Assembly (NCBI GenBank): GCA_038231455.1
Contig: JBBRLI010000015.1
Span: forward strand, 1-64,000
Reading direction: 5' to 3'
DNA from: Vulcanimicrobiales bacterium
GTDB lineage: Bacteria > Vulcanimicrobiota > Vulcanimicrobiia > Vulcanimicrobiales > Vulcanimicrobiaceae
DNA length: 64,000 nt
Shown: in pieces, positions 9,777-19,461 of the stretch
Numbering within the stretch: the stretch's first letter is position 1
How the letters are laid out: every line of letters begins with the position of its first letter
Notes under the pieces: generated by a model
Databases searched by the model: none
What the model saw: the letters and a program-made list of their open reading frames with translations, nothing else
What the model was told of the DNA's origin: nothing
Translations under genes and position numbers: made by a program

Positions 9777-10792
9777 AAGAGTGCGAGCTGCGCGTGTTCT
9801 TCAAGGTACTCCGCATCGAAGCCGCTGCGTTTGAGACGGTGGACGAAATCTTTCCAACCATGATTGAGAAGCACTTTTTTCGGCTGCGCGAGTTCGAGAT
9901 AGCGTAAGAGCGCGGGATAATCGGCGTGATCTGAGAGCGCAAATGCCGTATCAGTTCCGTAGCGGTACGACGCGCTTCGATCGAGCGACCAGCCAGTGAG
10001 CATCGCGCTGCGTACGGCTTTGCCGCGAACGGCGAGCGGTTTTGATTTCCCCGACGGCGGCCAGATCAGCGCGCTTTTTCCATCGTAGGTAAGCGCGTCG
10101 TATTTCACATAGGGCGGCAGCTTTACGCCGGTGGCCTCGTAGACTTGCGCCATGTTGTACACGGCACCATGGACGGTGAGTGGGATATTTGCTTTGCCGA
10201 GTATCGCCATCGCCTCTTGGGCTTTGCCAAGCGAATAGGCGTAGAAGATCGGTGGGAAGCCGTCCTCGAGCGCTTTGAGTGCAAAGTCGATCATGCCATC
10301 TTCGACTTCGTCACGCGAGGGGAAGACGTACTGCGGTCGGCCATACGTGCATTCCATCAGCAGCACGTCGCACGGTTTGACTTCGGCTGGTTCGCACGTG
10401 TACGCGCGCCCAAGCTTAAAATCGCCGGTGTAGACGAAGCGACCGGCATCGGATTCGATCATCAACTGCGCACTGCCGAGCACGTGTCCGGCGGAGAAGA
10501 GCGTCAAGCGATGGTTCTCGCCGTCGAACCACGGCTCGTTGTATGCGTGGTTCTCGAAGATCACCGGCGCCGGTTCGCCTTCGGGCAGCAACGTCGTCTG
10601 CTTTTTGCTCGCGCGTCCCCCGAAGCGTGCGCGGCAAATGGCGGCGTTTTGCGGCGTGCCGACGACGACATCGTGCACGCGAGCATGATCGCTGTGTCCG
10701 TGCGAGACGTACGAGCGGCTGCGGCTGCGCATCGAGTCGATCCACAGATCGAGTTCGCGGACGTAGAGCGATTTTTCGTGAATGGAGAACAT
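9773..10792 (-). CDS. MBL-fold/beta-CASP nuclease, DNA ligase-associated type
   Basis: SHGHSDH, AGHVLGSA, YTGDFK, ECTYG, YSLGKAQ and LSDHAD. Confidence 0.88.
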   Translation of the reverse strand: MFSIHEKSLYVRELDLWIDSMRSRSRSYVSHGHSDHARVHDVVVGTPQNAAICRARFGGRASKKQTTLLPEGEPAPVIFENHAYNEPWFDGENHRLTLFSAGHVLGSAQLMIESDAGRFVYTGDFKLGRAYTCEPAEVKPCDVLLMECTYGRPQYVFPSRDEVEDGMIDFALKALEDGFPPIFYAYSLGKAQEAMAILGKANIPLTVHGAVYNMAQVYEATGVKLPPYVKYDALTYDGKSALIWPPSGKSKPLAVRGKAVRSAMLTGWSLDRSASYRYGTDTAFALSDHADYPALLRYLELAQPKKVLLNHGWKDFVHRLKRSGFDAEYLEEHAQLALF

Positions 10793-10863
10793 GGGACCCG
10801 AACGGACGTTCGATTTTCGTAAATCGCACCCTTTCGGGTAAGCGTGCGGTCTAGCGGAATACC

Positions 10864-11823
10864 ATGCGCGTTTATGACAACTTGGCCGACACGTTCGGCA
10901 ACACGCCCCTCGTTAAGATTCCTCGCCTGAACAAGGGCCTCGCGGGCACGGTGCTCGTGAAAATGGAGTCGATGAATCCCGCCGGTTCGGTCAAGGACCG
11001 GATCGGTGTTGCGATGATCGAAGCGGCCGAGCGTGATGGACGTCTGCGTCCCGACACGGTCATCATCGAGCCGACCAGCGGCAACACCGGCATCGCCCTT
11101 GCGTTCGTCGCGGCAGCCAAAGGCTACCCGATCATTCTCACGATGCCCGAGACGATGACGATCGAGCGTCGCAACCTGCTCAAAGCCTACGGTGCACAGC
11201 TCGTGCTCACGCCCGGCGCTGAGGGCATGAAGGGCGCGATCAAAAAAGCAACCGAGATTCGCGATAGCAATCCGAGTAAATATTTCATGCCCGGTCAATT
11301 CGAAAACCCGGCCAACCCCGCAATACACGAGAAGACGACCGCCGAGGAAATTTGGCGGGATACCGACGGCACGGTCGACGTGTTTGTCGCAGGCGTCGGC
11401 ACCGGCGGAACGGTGACGGGTGTCGGCCACGTCCTCAAAGCCCGCAAGCCGGGTTCGGTCGTGATCGCCGTCGAGCCGGATGCATCGCCGGTGCTCTCCG
11501 GCGGCCAGCCGGGCCCGCACAAGTTGCAAGGCTTTGCACCGGGCTTTATTCCGAGGAACCTCGATACGTCGGTGTACAGCGAAGTGATCCAAGTGAGCGC
11601 GGATAACGCGATCGCAACGGCGCGTCGATTAGCACGTGAAGAAGGCATGCTCGTCGGCATCTCGGCTGGCGCAAATGTGTGGGCCGCGCTGCAAGTCGCC
11701 GCGCGTCCGGAATTCGCTGGTAAAACAATCGTCACGATCGGCTGCGACACCGGCGAACGCTACCTTTCCAATCCCGTCTTTGCCGATCAAGAGGCAAGCG
11801 TAGTCGAACCCGCGCTCGTGTAG
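10864..11823 (+). CDS. cysK: Cysteine synthase A (O-acetylserine sulfhydrylase)
   Basis: NPAGSVKDR (PLP lysine), [15 protein letters not shown] and DTGERYLS. Confidence 0.96.
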   Translation: MRVYDNLADTFGNTPLVKIPRLNKGLAGTVLVKMESMNPAGSVKDRIGVAMIEAAERDGRLRPDTVIIEPTSGNTGIALAFVAAAKGYPIILTMPETMTIERRNLLKAYGAQLVLTPGAEGMKGAIKKATEIRDSNPSKYFMPGQFENPANPAIHEKTTAEEIWRDTDGTVDVFVAGVGTGGTVTGVGHVLKARKPGSVVIAVEPDASPVLSGGQPGPHKLQGFAPGFIPRNLDTSVYSEVIQVSADNAIATARRLAREEGMLVGISAGANVWAALQVAARPEFAGKTIVTIGCDTGERYLSNPVFADQEASVVEPALV

Positions 11824-11839
11824 TGCACGCGCCTCGGCA

Positions 11840-11872
11840 TACTTGAAACTGCGGTTTCAAGTACGCTATAGT
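11840..11872 (+). promoter_or_regulatory. Palindromic operator overlapping the leaderless TetR promoter
   Basis: TACTTGAAAC-tgcg-GTTTCAAGTA perfect inverted repeat; TTGAAA-N18-TATAGT-N6-ATG. Confidence 0.65.
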
Positions 11873-11878
11873 GAGGAC

Positions 11879-12457
11879 ATGTCGCGAACGGTTGATGAAA
11901 CGCTACGCGATGATCTGTTGGAGCGTGTCGTCGAGTATGTCTGGGAAAACGGCATGTCCGACTTGCAATTGCGGCCGTTAGCGAAAGCGGTCGGCTCGAG
12001 TCCGCGCGGGCTGCTTTACCATTTCGGGTCGAAAGAAGATCTCGTGACGGCCGTGCTCGCACGCGCCGGAGAACGCCAGCGCGACGTTTTCGATACCATT
12101 CCGCGCAATCCAGGATCGTACGCGGAAACGGTACGGGCGGCGTGGTCGATCATGAGCAGCCCAAAAAACGAGGGCATGTTCCGTTTGTTTTTTGAGATAT
12201 ACGGCCTCGCGCTTCAAAACCGTAACCGTTACGCCGACTTTCTCGAACGTGCCGTTGAAGGCTGGCTCTTGTATCTCGAGCAGCCCGCGTTGCGCGAAGG
12301 ACACTCGCGTGCTGATGCGCGTGCGATCGCAACGGTGCTGCTGGCCGGTTATCGCGGTTTTTTACTCGATCTTTGCGCCACGCGCGAACGAAAACGATTA
12401 GCCCGGGCCGTAGACCTCTGGATAGTAGCGCTCGACGCGATGGCGCCGGGAAAGTGA
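11879..12457 (+). CDS. TetR/AcrR family regulator
   Basis: HTH LRPLAKAVGSSPRGLLYHFGSKEDL; ATG 11879. Confidence 0.92.
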   Translation: MSRTVDETLRDDLLERVVEYVWENGMSDLQLRPLAKAVGSSPRGLLYHFGSKEDLVTAVLARAGERQRDVFDTIPRNPGSYAETVRAAWSIMSSPKNEGMFRLFFEIYGLALQNRNRYADFLERAVEGWLLYLEQPALREGHSRADARAIATVLLAGYRGFLLDLCATRERKRLARAVDLWIVALDAMAPGK

Positions 12458-12490
12458 ATTTTTCATGCACGTTGGGACGGAGATTCGCTG

Positions 12491-12880
12491 GTGATACGCA
12501 CGTGGACGATCATTGGCGTAAGTGATGTGCCGGGCAGCTTCGACTGGTACCATTCGTTACTTGGGATGCCCAAGGTAACTCCCGGCCATGACTACTGGGG
12601 TCAAATCCTGGACTCGGATGGAACGGTGTTGCTCTGCCTCCACGAGTGGGGTTCGCACGAGCATCCGTCGTTAATGAGCCCAGACCACGCACAACCGGGA
12701 AACGGTCTCCTCCTGTTTTTCCGTGTCGACGACTTCGAGTTGGCGCTGGAAAGGGCACACGCTCTTGTGGATCGACTCGAGGAAGAACCGCATGTGAACC
12801 CGAGCACGGGAACCGCCGAATTCGCACTCCGCGATCCGGACGGATACTACGTGATGGTGAGTGCAATCGATGCCGCATAA
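12491..12880 (+). CDS. VOC/glyoxalase family protein
   Basis: GVSDVPGSFDWYHSLLG ... EFALRDPDGY. Confidence 0.88.
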   Translation: MIRTWTIIGVSDVPGSFDWYHSLLGMPKVTPGHDYWGQILDSDGTVLLCLHEWGSHEHPSLMSPDHAQPGNGLLLFFRVDDFELALERAHALVDRLEEEPHVNPSTGTAEFALRDPDGYYVMVSAIDAA

Positions 12881-12950
12881 TTTCTAGAGCGGCCCATAGG
12901 CGAGGTTCCACGGCAGGGAGATTCGTCGTTGCGGGCGTCACTTAGGAGCC

Positions 12951-14000
12951 GTGAATAAGCTCTTGAACGGCGAACCGGCGGTCGGCGTGACACGCGGCCA
13001 ACGTCTTGAATCGATCCACAATGTGGCTGCTTGCGCAACGACGGTGACCGGCGATGTCATCGCCTCGGTTGGGGACATCACGACGCCCGTTTTCTTGCGC
13101 TCGTCAGCGAAGCCGTTCATCGCGGCTGCCGTGCTACGCGAAGGTGCCGTCGCGCGTTTCGGGTTTAGCCCACAAGAGATCGCGGTGATGGCGGCATCGC
13201 ACAACGGTGAACCCATTCACACCGCCGCCGTGCGCAGCATTTTAGAGAAGATCGGCGCGAGCGAATCGGACCTTGCTTGCGGCGCCCACGCGCCCTCATA
13301 CGAGCCCGCGGCTCGCGCACTGGCGGCGACGGGCGTCGCCTACAGCGCGGTTCACAACAACTGTAGTGGCAAGCACGCCGGCATTCTCGCGCTCGCGCGT
13401 TTGCTCGACGCGCCGTTTGCCGGTTATCTTGGCCGTACGCATCCCGCGCAAGCCGCGGTCATCGCGCTTTGCGAACGCGCATCGGGCGAACCGTTCGGCG
13501 AGGATCGCTTGGGTGTCGATGGCTGCGGGATCCCGGTCTATGCGACCTCGCTGCGGCGCGCTGCGCGATCGTTCGCGCGCATCGCGACGTTACATGAATT
13601 CGATGACAAGGATGCCGCCGCAATCGATGTGGTGCGTAAGGCAATGATGGCGCACCCTGAATACGTGGGCGGTTCAGAGCGCTTCGATACCGAGTTGATG
13701 CGCGCGACGCACGGCACGATTTGTGCGAAGGCGGGCGCTGAGGGCGTCCACGCCGACGCAATTTTGCCGCTGGGTGCGGGGCTGGTGCTCAAAGTCGTCG
13801 ATGGCAACCGCCGCGCGATACCGGCGGCGACGATTGCGCTCCTGCGCGGCCTGGGCGCGCTCGACGATGCGGCCCTAGCATCGCTCGCGCCGTTTGCGCG
13901 CACGTCGGTGCGGAACGTTTCGGGTCTTGAAGTAGGAGAAATCGCGGCACTTCCGGGCTTCGGTGCGCTCACGCCCGCACACGGGCACGTCGCGCACTAG
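12951..14000 (+). CDS. L-asparaginase II (Rhizobium etli type)
   Basis: RSSAKP, SHNGE, NNCSGKH, DGCGIP and KAGAEG. Confidence 0.9.
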   Translation: MNKLLNGEPAVGVTRGQRLESIHNVAACATTVTGDVIASVGDITTPVFLRSSAKPFIAAAVLREGAVARFGFSPQEIAVMAASHNGEPIHTAAVRSILEKIGASESDLACGAHAPSYEPAARALAATGVAYSAVHNNCSGKHAGILALARLLDAPFAGYLGRTHPAQAAVIALCERASGEPFGEDRLGVDGCGIPVYATSLRRAARSFARIATLHEFDDKDAAAIDVVRKAMMAHPEYVGGSERFDTELMRATHGTICAKAGAEGVHADAILPLGAGLVLKVVDGNRRAIPAATIALLRGLGALDDAALASLAPFARTSVRNVSGLEVGEIAALPGFGALTPAHGHVAH

Positions 14001-14080
14001 CGCTTTTTTCTCCAGCCGAAACCAGGCCTTGGGTCGGTGGGTTGAAACCGCACGTCAGCCCATCCGGGAGAGGCCCAAAC

Positions 14081-17000
14081 GTGATCGAATTTTTCCTCAA
14101 GCGTCCGATCTTTGCAGCGGTCTGCTCGCTCGTTATTCTGCTCGTGGGACTCATCTCGATTCCCACCTTGCCGATCGCGCAGTTCCCGGAGATCGCTCCG
14201 CCGACTATCACCGTCACCGCCTTCTACACGGGCGCGAGCGCCGAGGCGGTCGAGGCATCGGTCACGACGCCGCTGGAACAGGCGATCAACGGCGTTCAGG
14301 GTCTGCGCTACATGAGTTCGAACTCCGGCAACGACGGCACCTCGACGATCACCGTGGTGTTCAACCTCGGCCGCGACCTGGATCAAGCCGCAAACGACGT
14401 GCAGAACGCCGTTAACCTCGCAACGGGCCGCCTCCCGAACGAAGTCAAGCTGACCGGCATCACGGTCAACAAGAATTCCGGCTCATTCATCATGGCACTC
14501 GGCATGGTGACCGACGGCCGCATCAGCGACATCGCGCTCTCGAACTACGTCGACCTCAATGTCAAAGACGAACTCAAACGCATCTCGGGCGTCGGCAACG
14601 TCATCATCTTTGGCGAGCGCAAATACGCGATGCGCCTGTGGGTCGATCCCAAGCGTCTTGCCGACAACGGTCTGACGGCGGGCGACGTCGTTACCTCGCT
14701 GCAAGATCAAAACGTCCAGGTCGCTGCGGGCTCGATCGGCGCTCCGCCGACGAACGGTCATCAACCGTATCAATATTCCGTGCACGCGACCGGTCGTCTG
14801 AGCACGCCCCAAGACTTCCAAAACATCATCCTCAAAACGACGCCCGACGGCGGTGTGGTGCGATTCTCAAGCATCGGCCGGGTTGAAATCGGCGCGGAAA
14901 ACTACGCGACGCAGTTGCGCTTCGACCAGCATCCTTCGGTCGGCGTCGGCGTTCAGCAGTTGCCGGGCGGAAACGCGCTGGACATCAGCGCAAAAGTGCG
15001 CGCGACGATGGACCGACTGCAACAAAAATTCCCGGCCGGCGTCCACTATAAGATCGCCTTCGATGCGACCGAGTTCGTGCGTGAATCGATCCGCGAAGTC
15101 ATCATTACGCTCGGCATCGCGATTCTGCTCGTCATCGCGGTCATCTATCTCTTCTTGCAAGACTGGCGCACGACGCTCATCCCCGCGATTACGATTCCGA
15201 TCTCGCTGATCGGCACGTTCGGGTTGATGAAGGTGCTCGGCTTCTCGATCAACACACTTACGCTCTTCGGCTTGACGCTTGCGACGGGGCTCGTGGTCGA
15301 CGATGCAATCGTTGTCATCGAGAATATCGCAAGGTTCATTCAAGATAAAAAGATGCCGCCGATGAAAGCGGCAAGCGAAGCCATGCGCGAAATCACCGGC
15401 GCCGTTGTCGCGACCTCGCTCGTGCTGCTAGCGGTGTTTATCCCGGTCGCGTTTTTCCCGGGCACGACGGGCCTACTCTACAAGCAGTTCGCGCTGACGA
15501 TTGCCTGCTCGATCGCAATCTCGCTTTTCAACGCGCTCACGCTCACGCCGGTGCTCTCAGCGCTCTTACTCGGCCGTGTTGAAAAGCCGCGCAATGGTTT
15601 CTTCCGTGCGGTCAATCGCGGAATCGACGGCCTGCGCTATCGCTATGATAAAGTCTTGCCCGGCACCATCAAACGTTGGCCGATCATTGTCGTATTCTTC
15701 GGTCTTGCGCTCTTTGCAACCGCGTTTCTGTTCGTCTCGACCCCGACGGGCTTCGTGCCCGACGAGGACCAAGGCTTCTTGATCGTCGCCTCGCAGTCGC
15801 CCGAAGGCACCTCGGCCGATACGATGCTCGAAGCGCGGAAGAAAGTCGAACAAGTGCTCTTCGATCAAAAAGAAGTGCAGGATGTCTTCGACGTCGGCGG
15901 CTTCGGTTTCACGGGCAACGGCGTCAATCACGCAACGATGTTCGTTCGTTTGCACGACCTCGCCGAGCGTGGTGGCGGACCTCACAGCGCTGGCGCTGTC
16001 GTCGGCCGACTCTTCGGCTTACTCGGGCGAATCCCCGAAACATCATCGTTTCCGCTTGTCCCGCCAGCAATTCAGGGGCTCGGATTCCAAGGCGGCTTTT
16101 TCTTCGAACTCCAAGATCGCGCGAATAATGGTCTCTTGCCGCTCGCCTTCTCTGCGTATCGTCTCATGGGTATGGCGGCGCAAGATCCGGTGCTTAGCCA
16201 GGTTTACACGACGTTCTCCATTTCCAATCCGCAACTCAACGCCGTCATTGACCGCGAAAAAGCAAAGAATCTTGGCATCCCGCTCTCCAACATTTTCGCT
16301 TCGCTGCAAGTGTATCTGGGTTCGGTTTACGTCAACGATTTTGACTTCCTTAATCGCTCGTACCGCGTGTACGTGCAAGCAGATGCGCCCTATCGCTCGA
16401 GCGTGAACGATCTCGACAAGATTTACGTGCGTAGCCTTAGCGGCGGTACGGTGCCGCTCTCGTCGTTGATGACGACGACGCTCACCAAGACGGCGCCGGT
16501 TATCTCGCACTTCAATCTGTTCCGCTCGGTCACACTCAACGGCAGTCCGGGACTCGGTCACGGTTCGGGCGAGGCGATTGCGGAAATGCAAAAGCTAGCG
16601 GGTCAACTCGGACCCGGCGTGAGCTACGAGTGGAGCGGCGTGACGCGCGAGCAGATCGAGGGCGGATCGCAAGCGGCGTTCATCTTTATCCTCGGCATCG
16701 TGTTCACGTTCTTGGTGCTCTCGGCACAATACGAGAGCTTCATCGATCCGCTGATCATCCTGCTCGCTGTGCCGCTCGCGCTACTCGGCGCGCTCTCGGC
16801 GATCTTCATCCGCAACTTCTTACTCGCCGGCCTCACGCACACGTATGAGGTATCTGACGTCTTCGCACAGGTCGGGTACGTTATGTTGATCGGGCTTGCA
16901 TCGAAGAACGCGATTTTGATCGTCGAGTTTGCCAATCAACTGCGTGCCGAGGGCATGTCGATTACCGATGCGGTCGTCCGCGCAGCTGAGACGCGACTCC

Positions 17001-17278
17001 GTCCGATCCTCATGACCTCAATCGCCTTCATCCTGGGAATCTTCCCACTGGTGATTGCAACGGGCAACGGCGCGGCTTCACGTAACTCCCTCGGTAACGT
17101 GGTCTTCGGGGGCATGATCGTCTCGACGTTCCTGAACCTGTTCCTCGTGCCGGTGCTCTACGTGCTCATCGTCAACATCGAAGCGCGTTTGAGCGGGCGC
17201 GGCCATGACAATGGCGGCAACGGCCATGGGGCGCGGGGCGTGGTTGGCTCGTCCGAAGGCGTGACCGCTCCGGTCTAA
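14081..17278 (+). CDS. RND efflux permease subunit (HAE1/AcrB family)
   Basis: FFLKRPIFA N-terminus, GLVVDDAIVVIEN proton relay, KNAILIVEF and RLRPILMTS; GTG start 14081. Confidence 0.95.
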   Translation: MIEFFLKRPIFAAVCSLVILLVGLISIPTLPIAQFPEIAPPTITVTAFYTGASAEAVEASVTTPLEQAINGVQGLRYMSSNSGNDGTSTITVVFNLGRDLDQAANDVQNAVNLATGRLPNEVKLTGITVNKNSGSFIMALGMVTDGRISDIALSNYVDLNVKDELKRISGVGNVIIFGERKYAMRLWVDPKRLADNGLTAGDVVTSLQDQNVQVAAGSIGAPPTNGHQPYQYSVHATGRLSTPQDFQNIILKTTPDGGVVRFSSIGRVEIGAENYATQLRFDQHPSVGVGVQQLPGGNALDISAKVRATMDRLQQKFPAGVHYKIAFDATEFVRESIREVIITLGIAILLVIAVIYLFLQDWRTTLIPAITIPISLIGTFGLMKVLGFSINTLTLFGLTLATGLVVDDAIVVIENIARFIQDKKMPPMKAASEAMREITGAVVATSLVLLAVFIPVAFFPGTTGLLYKQFALTIACSIAISLFNALTLTPVLSALLLGRVEKPRNGFFRAVNRGIDGLRYRYDKVLPGTIKRWPIIVVFFGLALFATAFLFVSTPTGFVPDEDQGFLIVASQSPEGTSADTMLEARKKVEQVLFDQKEVQDVFDVGGFGFTGNGVNHATMFVRLHDLAERGGGPHSAGAVVGRLFGLLGRIPETSSFPLVPPAIQGLGFQGGFFFELQDRANNGLLPLAFSAYRLMGMAAQDPVLSQVYTTFSISNPQLNAVIDREKAKNLGIPLSNIFASLQVYLGSVYVNDFDFLNRSYRVYVQADAPYRSSVNDLDKIYVRSLSGGTVPLSSLMTTTLTKTAPVISHFNLFRSVTLNGSPGLGHGSGEAIAEMQKLAGQLGPGVSYEWSGVTREQIEGGSQAAFIFILGIVFTFLVLSAQYESFIDPLIILLAVPLALLGALSAIFIRNFLLAGLTHTYEVSDVFAQVGYVMLIGLASKNAILIVEFANQLRAEGMSITDAVVRAAETRLRPILMTSIAFILGIFPLVIATGNGAASRNSLGNVVFGGMIVSTFLNLFLVPVLYVLIVNIEARLSGRGHDNGGNGHGARGVVGSSEGVTAPV

Positions 17279-17323
17279 CGCTTTCCGGCGCAACCGATAG
17301 GACTTCGCGCTACCTGCGGCAAT

Positions 17324-17352
17324 CTAGGGGTGAAATTCAATTTCACCCTTGG
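17324..17352 (+). promoter_or_regulatory. Inverted repeat directly upstream of the ABC SBP ribosome-binding site
   Basis: GGGTGAAATT-C-AATTTCACCC perfect 10-bp arms. Confidence 0.5.
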
Positions 17353-17361
17353 AGAGTTCGC

Positions 17362-18585
17362 GTGAAACGATCCTTCGATATTGCGCGTAAAGCGCTCGCC
17401 TCGGTCTGCGCCGTAGCCTGCCTTGCGGCGTCTGCCGTCCCCTCGCGGGCGGCCGACCCAATTAAAATTTCCGTCATCACCGACATGAGTGGTCTCTATG
17501 CGTCGCTTGCGGGTGCTGGTGCTGTCATGGCGACCAAGATGGCCGTCGAAGATTTCGGCGGTTCGGTTCTCGGACGTAAAATCGAAGTCGACGCTGTCGA
17601 CCACCGCAATAACGCGACCGAAGCGGCTGCCAAAGCGCGCGAAGCGTTCGATGGCGGGTCGGATCTAGCGCTCGACATGACGAACTCCGCGGTGGCCCTT
17701 GCTGTGGCCGCTGTCGCCAAAGAGAAAAAGCGTCTTGCGATCGTCACTGGCGGCGCGACGTCGGCTGTTACCGGTGCGAACTGCAACAAATACACGTACC
17801 ACTACGCGTACGACACGTATGCGCTGGCTAACTCGACCGGCACAAACATCACGCGCCAGGCGAATGCCAAGACGTGGTACGCGGTTGTTCCGAATTACGC
17901 GTTCGGCCAGCAAATGATCGCCGACTTCACGGCGGCTGTTAGCAAAAACGGCGGCAAGATTACGAAGTCCGACCTCTATCCGTTCCCTGGGACGAGTGAC
18001 TTCTCGTCGTATCTGCTCGCGGCAAAGAATTCTGGCGATCAGGTGCTTGGCATTTTCAATGCCGGTGGCGATACCGTCAATACGATGAAACAAGTCAAGC
18101 AATTCGGCATCGACAAGACGATGAAGATCGCTCTTGGGCTCGTGTTCCTCTCCGATGTTGATGCACTCCCCGACGTTTTCGCCGGAAACCGTATCACGAC
18201 GTCGTGGTACTGGAATCAGGACAAACAAGCACGCGCCTGGGCCGACAAATACGCCAAGCGCATGAACGGCCTGCGTCCGACTGATATTCAAGCCTCAGAC
18301 TATTCGGCGACGATGCAGTGGCTGGAAGCGGTTAAGGCGACGGGTACGACGGATTCTGATAAGATCGTTGCATATCTTGACGGCCGCGAGTTCAACGACT
18401 TCTACGCTCGCGGCGGCCAGTGGCGTGCGCGCGACCACCGCGTGATCCATCAAATGTACGTGGTAGACATTCTGCCGAAAGAAAAGATCAAAGAGCCGCA
18501 CGCGTGGTTCAAAGTCGTTCAGGTAATCCCGCCGGGCATCGCGTTCCGTCCCGAAAAAGATTCAACTTGTAAGAAGGACTGGTAG
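17362..18585 (+). CDS. Branched-chain-type (HAAT) ABC substrate-binding protein
   Basis: Signal peptide, DMSGLYA, NSAVALAV, DFSSYLL and RARDH. Confidence 0.92.
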   Translation: MKRSFDIARKALASVCAVACLAASAVPSRAADPIKISVITDMSGLYASLAGAGAVMATKMAVEDFGGSVLGRKIEVDAVDHRNNATEAAAKAREAFDGGSDLALDMTNSAVALAVAAVAKEKKRLAIVTGGATSAVTGANCNKYTYHYAYDTYALANSTGTNITRQANAKTWYAVVPNYAFGQQMIADFTAAVSKNGGKITKSDLYPFPGTSDFSSYLLAAKNSGDQVLGIFNAGGDTVNTMKQVKQFGIDKTMKIALGLVFLSDVDALPDVFAGNRITTSWYWNQDKQARAWADKYAKRMNGLRPTDIQASDYSATMQWLEAVKATGTTDSDKIVAYLDGREFNDFYARGGQWRARDHRVIHQMYVVDILPKEKIKEPHAWFKVVQVIPPGIAFRPEKDSTCKKDW

Positions 18586-18588
18586 GCT

Positions 18589-19461
18589 CTGGAGTACTTC
18601 CTCACTCAGACTTTCAACGGGCTCGTCAACGGGGCGTTCTACGCCCTGTTGGCGCTCGGTCTGAGCATCATCTTCGGGATGCTGCGCGTGGTCAATTTCG
18701 CACACGGCGCCATGTATATGCTTGGCGCCTTTGTCGCGTATTACGGGGCGCAGTTCTTCCACTTGCCGTTCTTTGCCGCGCTGATCGTCGCACCGATTTT
18801 GGTCGGTGGCTTCGGCATGTTCTTAGAAGTCTTTTTTTTGCGGCGGCTTTATAAGCTCGATCCGCTCTACAATTTGCTGTTTACCTTTGCGCTGGTGCTG
18901 ATCATCGAAGACGCGCTGCGCCTAACTGCAGGAGCGCTCGGGTCGCCTTATCCGGCGCCCGATATTCTCTCCGGCGCGACGAACCTTGGCTTCACGCTCT
19001 ACCCGACGTATCGACTCTTCATCGTGATCGTCGCGAGTGTCGTTTGCGCCGTTACCTGGTTTCTAATCGAGCGGACGACGCTCGGTGCGCGTATTCGCGC
19101 GGCAACGGAAAATCCGATGATCGTGCGCGCCCTGGGTATCGATACCCAGCGTCTCGTGACCGTCGTGTTCGCGTGCGGCGTCGGCCTCGCGGCGGTTGCC
19201 GGTGTGCTAAACGCGCCAAATACGAACGTGCAACCCTCGATGGGCGATGCGATCATTATCAATACGTTTGCGATCGTTGTCATCGGCGGGATGGGTTCGA
19301 TCTTGGGCTCGGTCATTACGGGCTTTGCGCTCGGCGTGCTAGCGACGATCGGCGCCGTCTACTATCCGCCGATCGCGAACACGCTGATCTTCATCGTGAT
19401 GGTCGTCGTGCTACTCTTCAAGCCAAGCGGCCTCTTCGGCAATCCGGCGGAGGCGCGATGA
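18589..19461 (+). CDS. HAAT ABC permease (LivH-like)
   Basis: FNGLVNGAFYALLALGLSIIFGMLRVVNFAHG; the conserved N-terminus requires a start at CTG 18589. Confidence 0.9.
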   Translation: MEYFLTQTFNGLVNGAFYALLALGLSIIFGMLRVVNFAHGAMYMLGAFVAYYGAQFFHLPFFAALIVAPILVGGFGMFLEVFFLRRLYKLDPLYNLLFTFALVLIIEDALRLTAGALGSPYPAPDILSGATNLGFTLYPTYRLFIVIVASVVCAVTWFLIERTTLGARIRAATENPMIVRALGIDTQRLVTVVFACGVGLAAVAGVLNAPNTNVQPSMGDAIIINTFAIVVIGGMGSILGSVITGFALGVLATIGAVYYPPIANTLIFIVMVVVLLFKPSGLFGNPAEAR

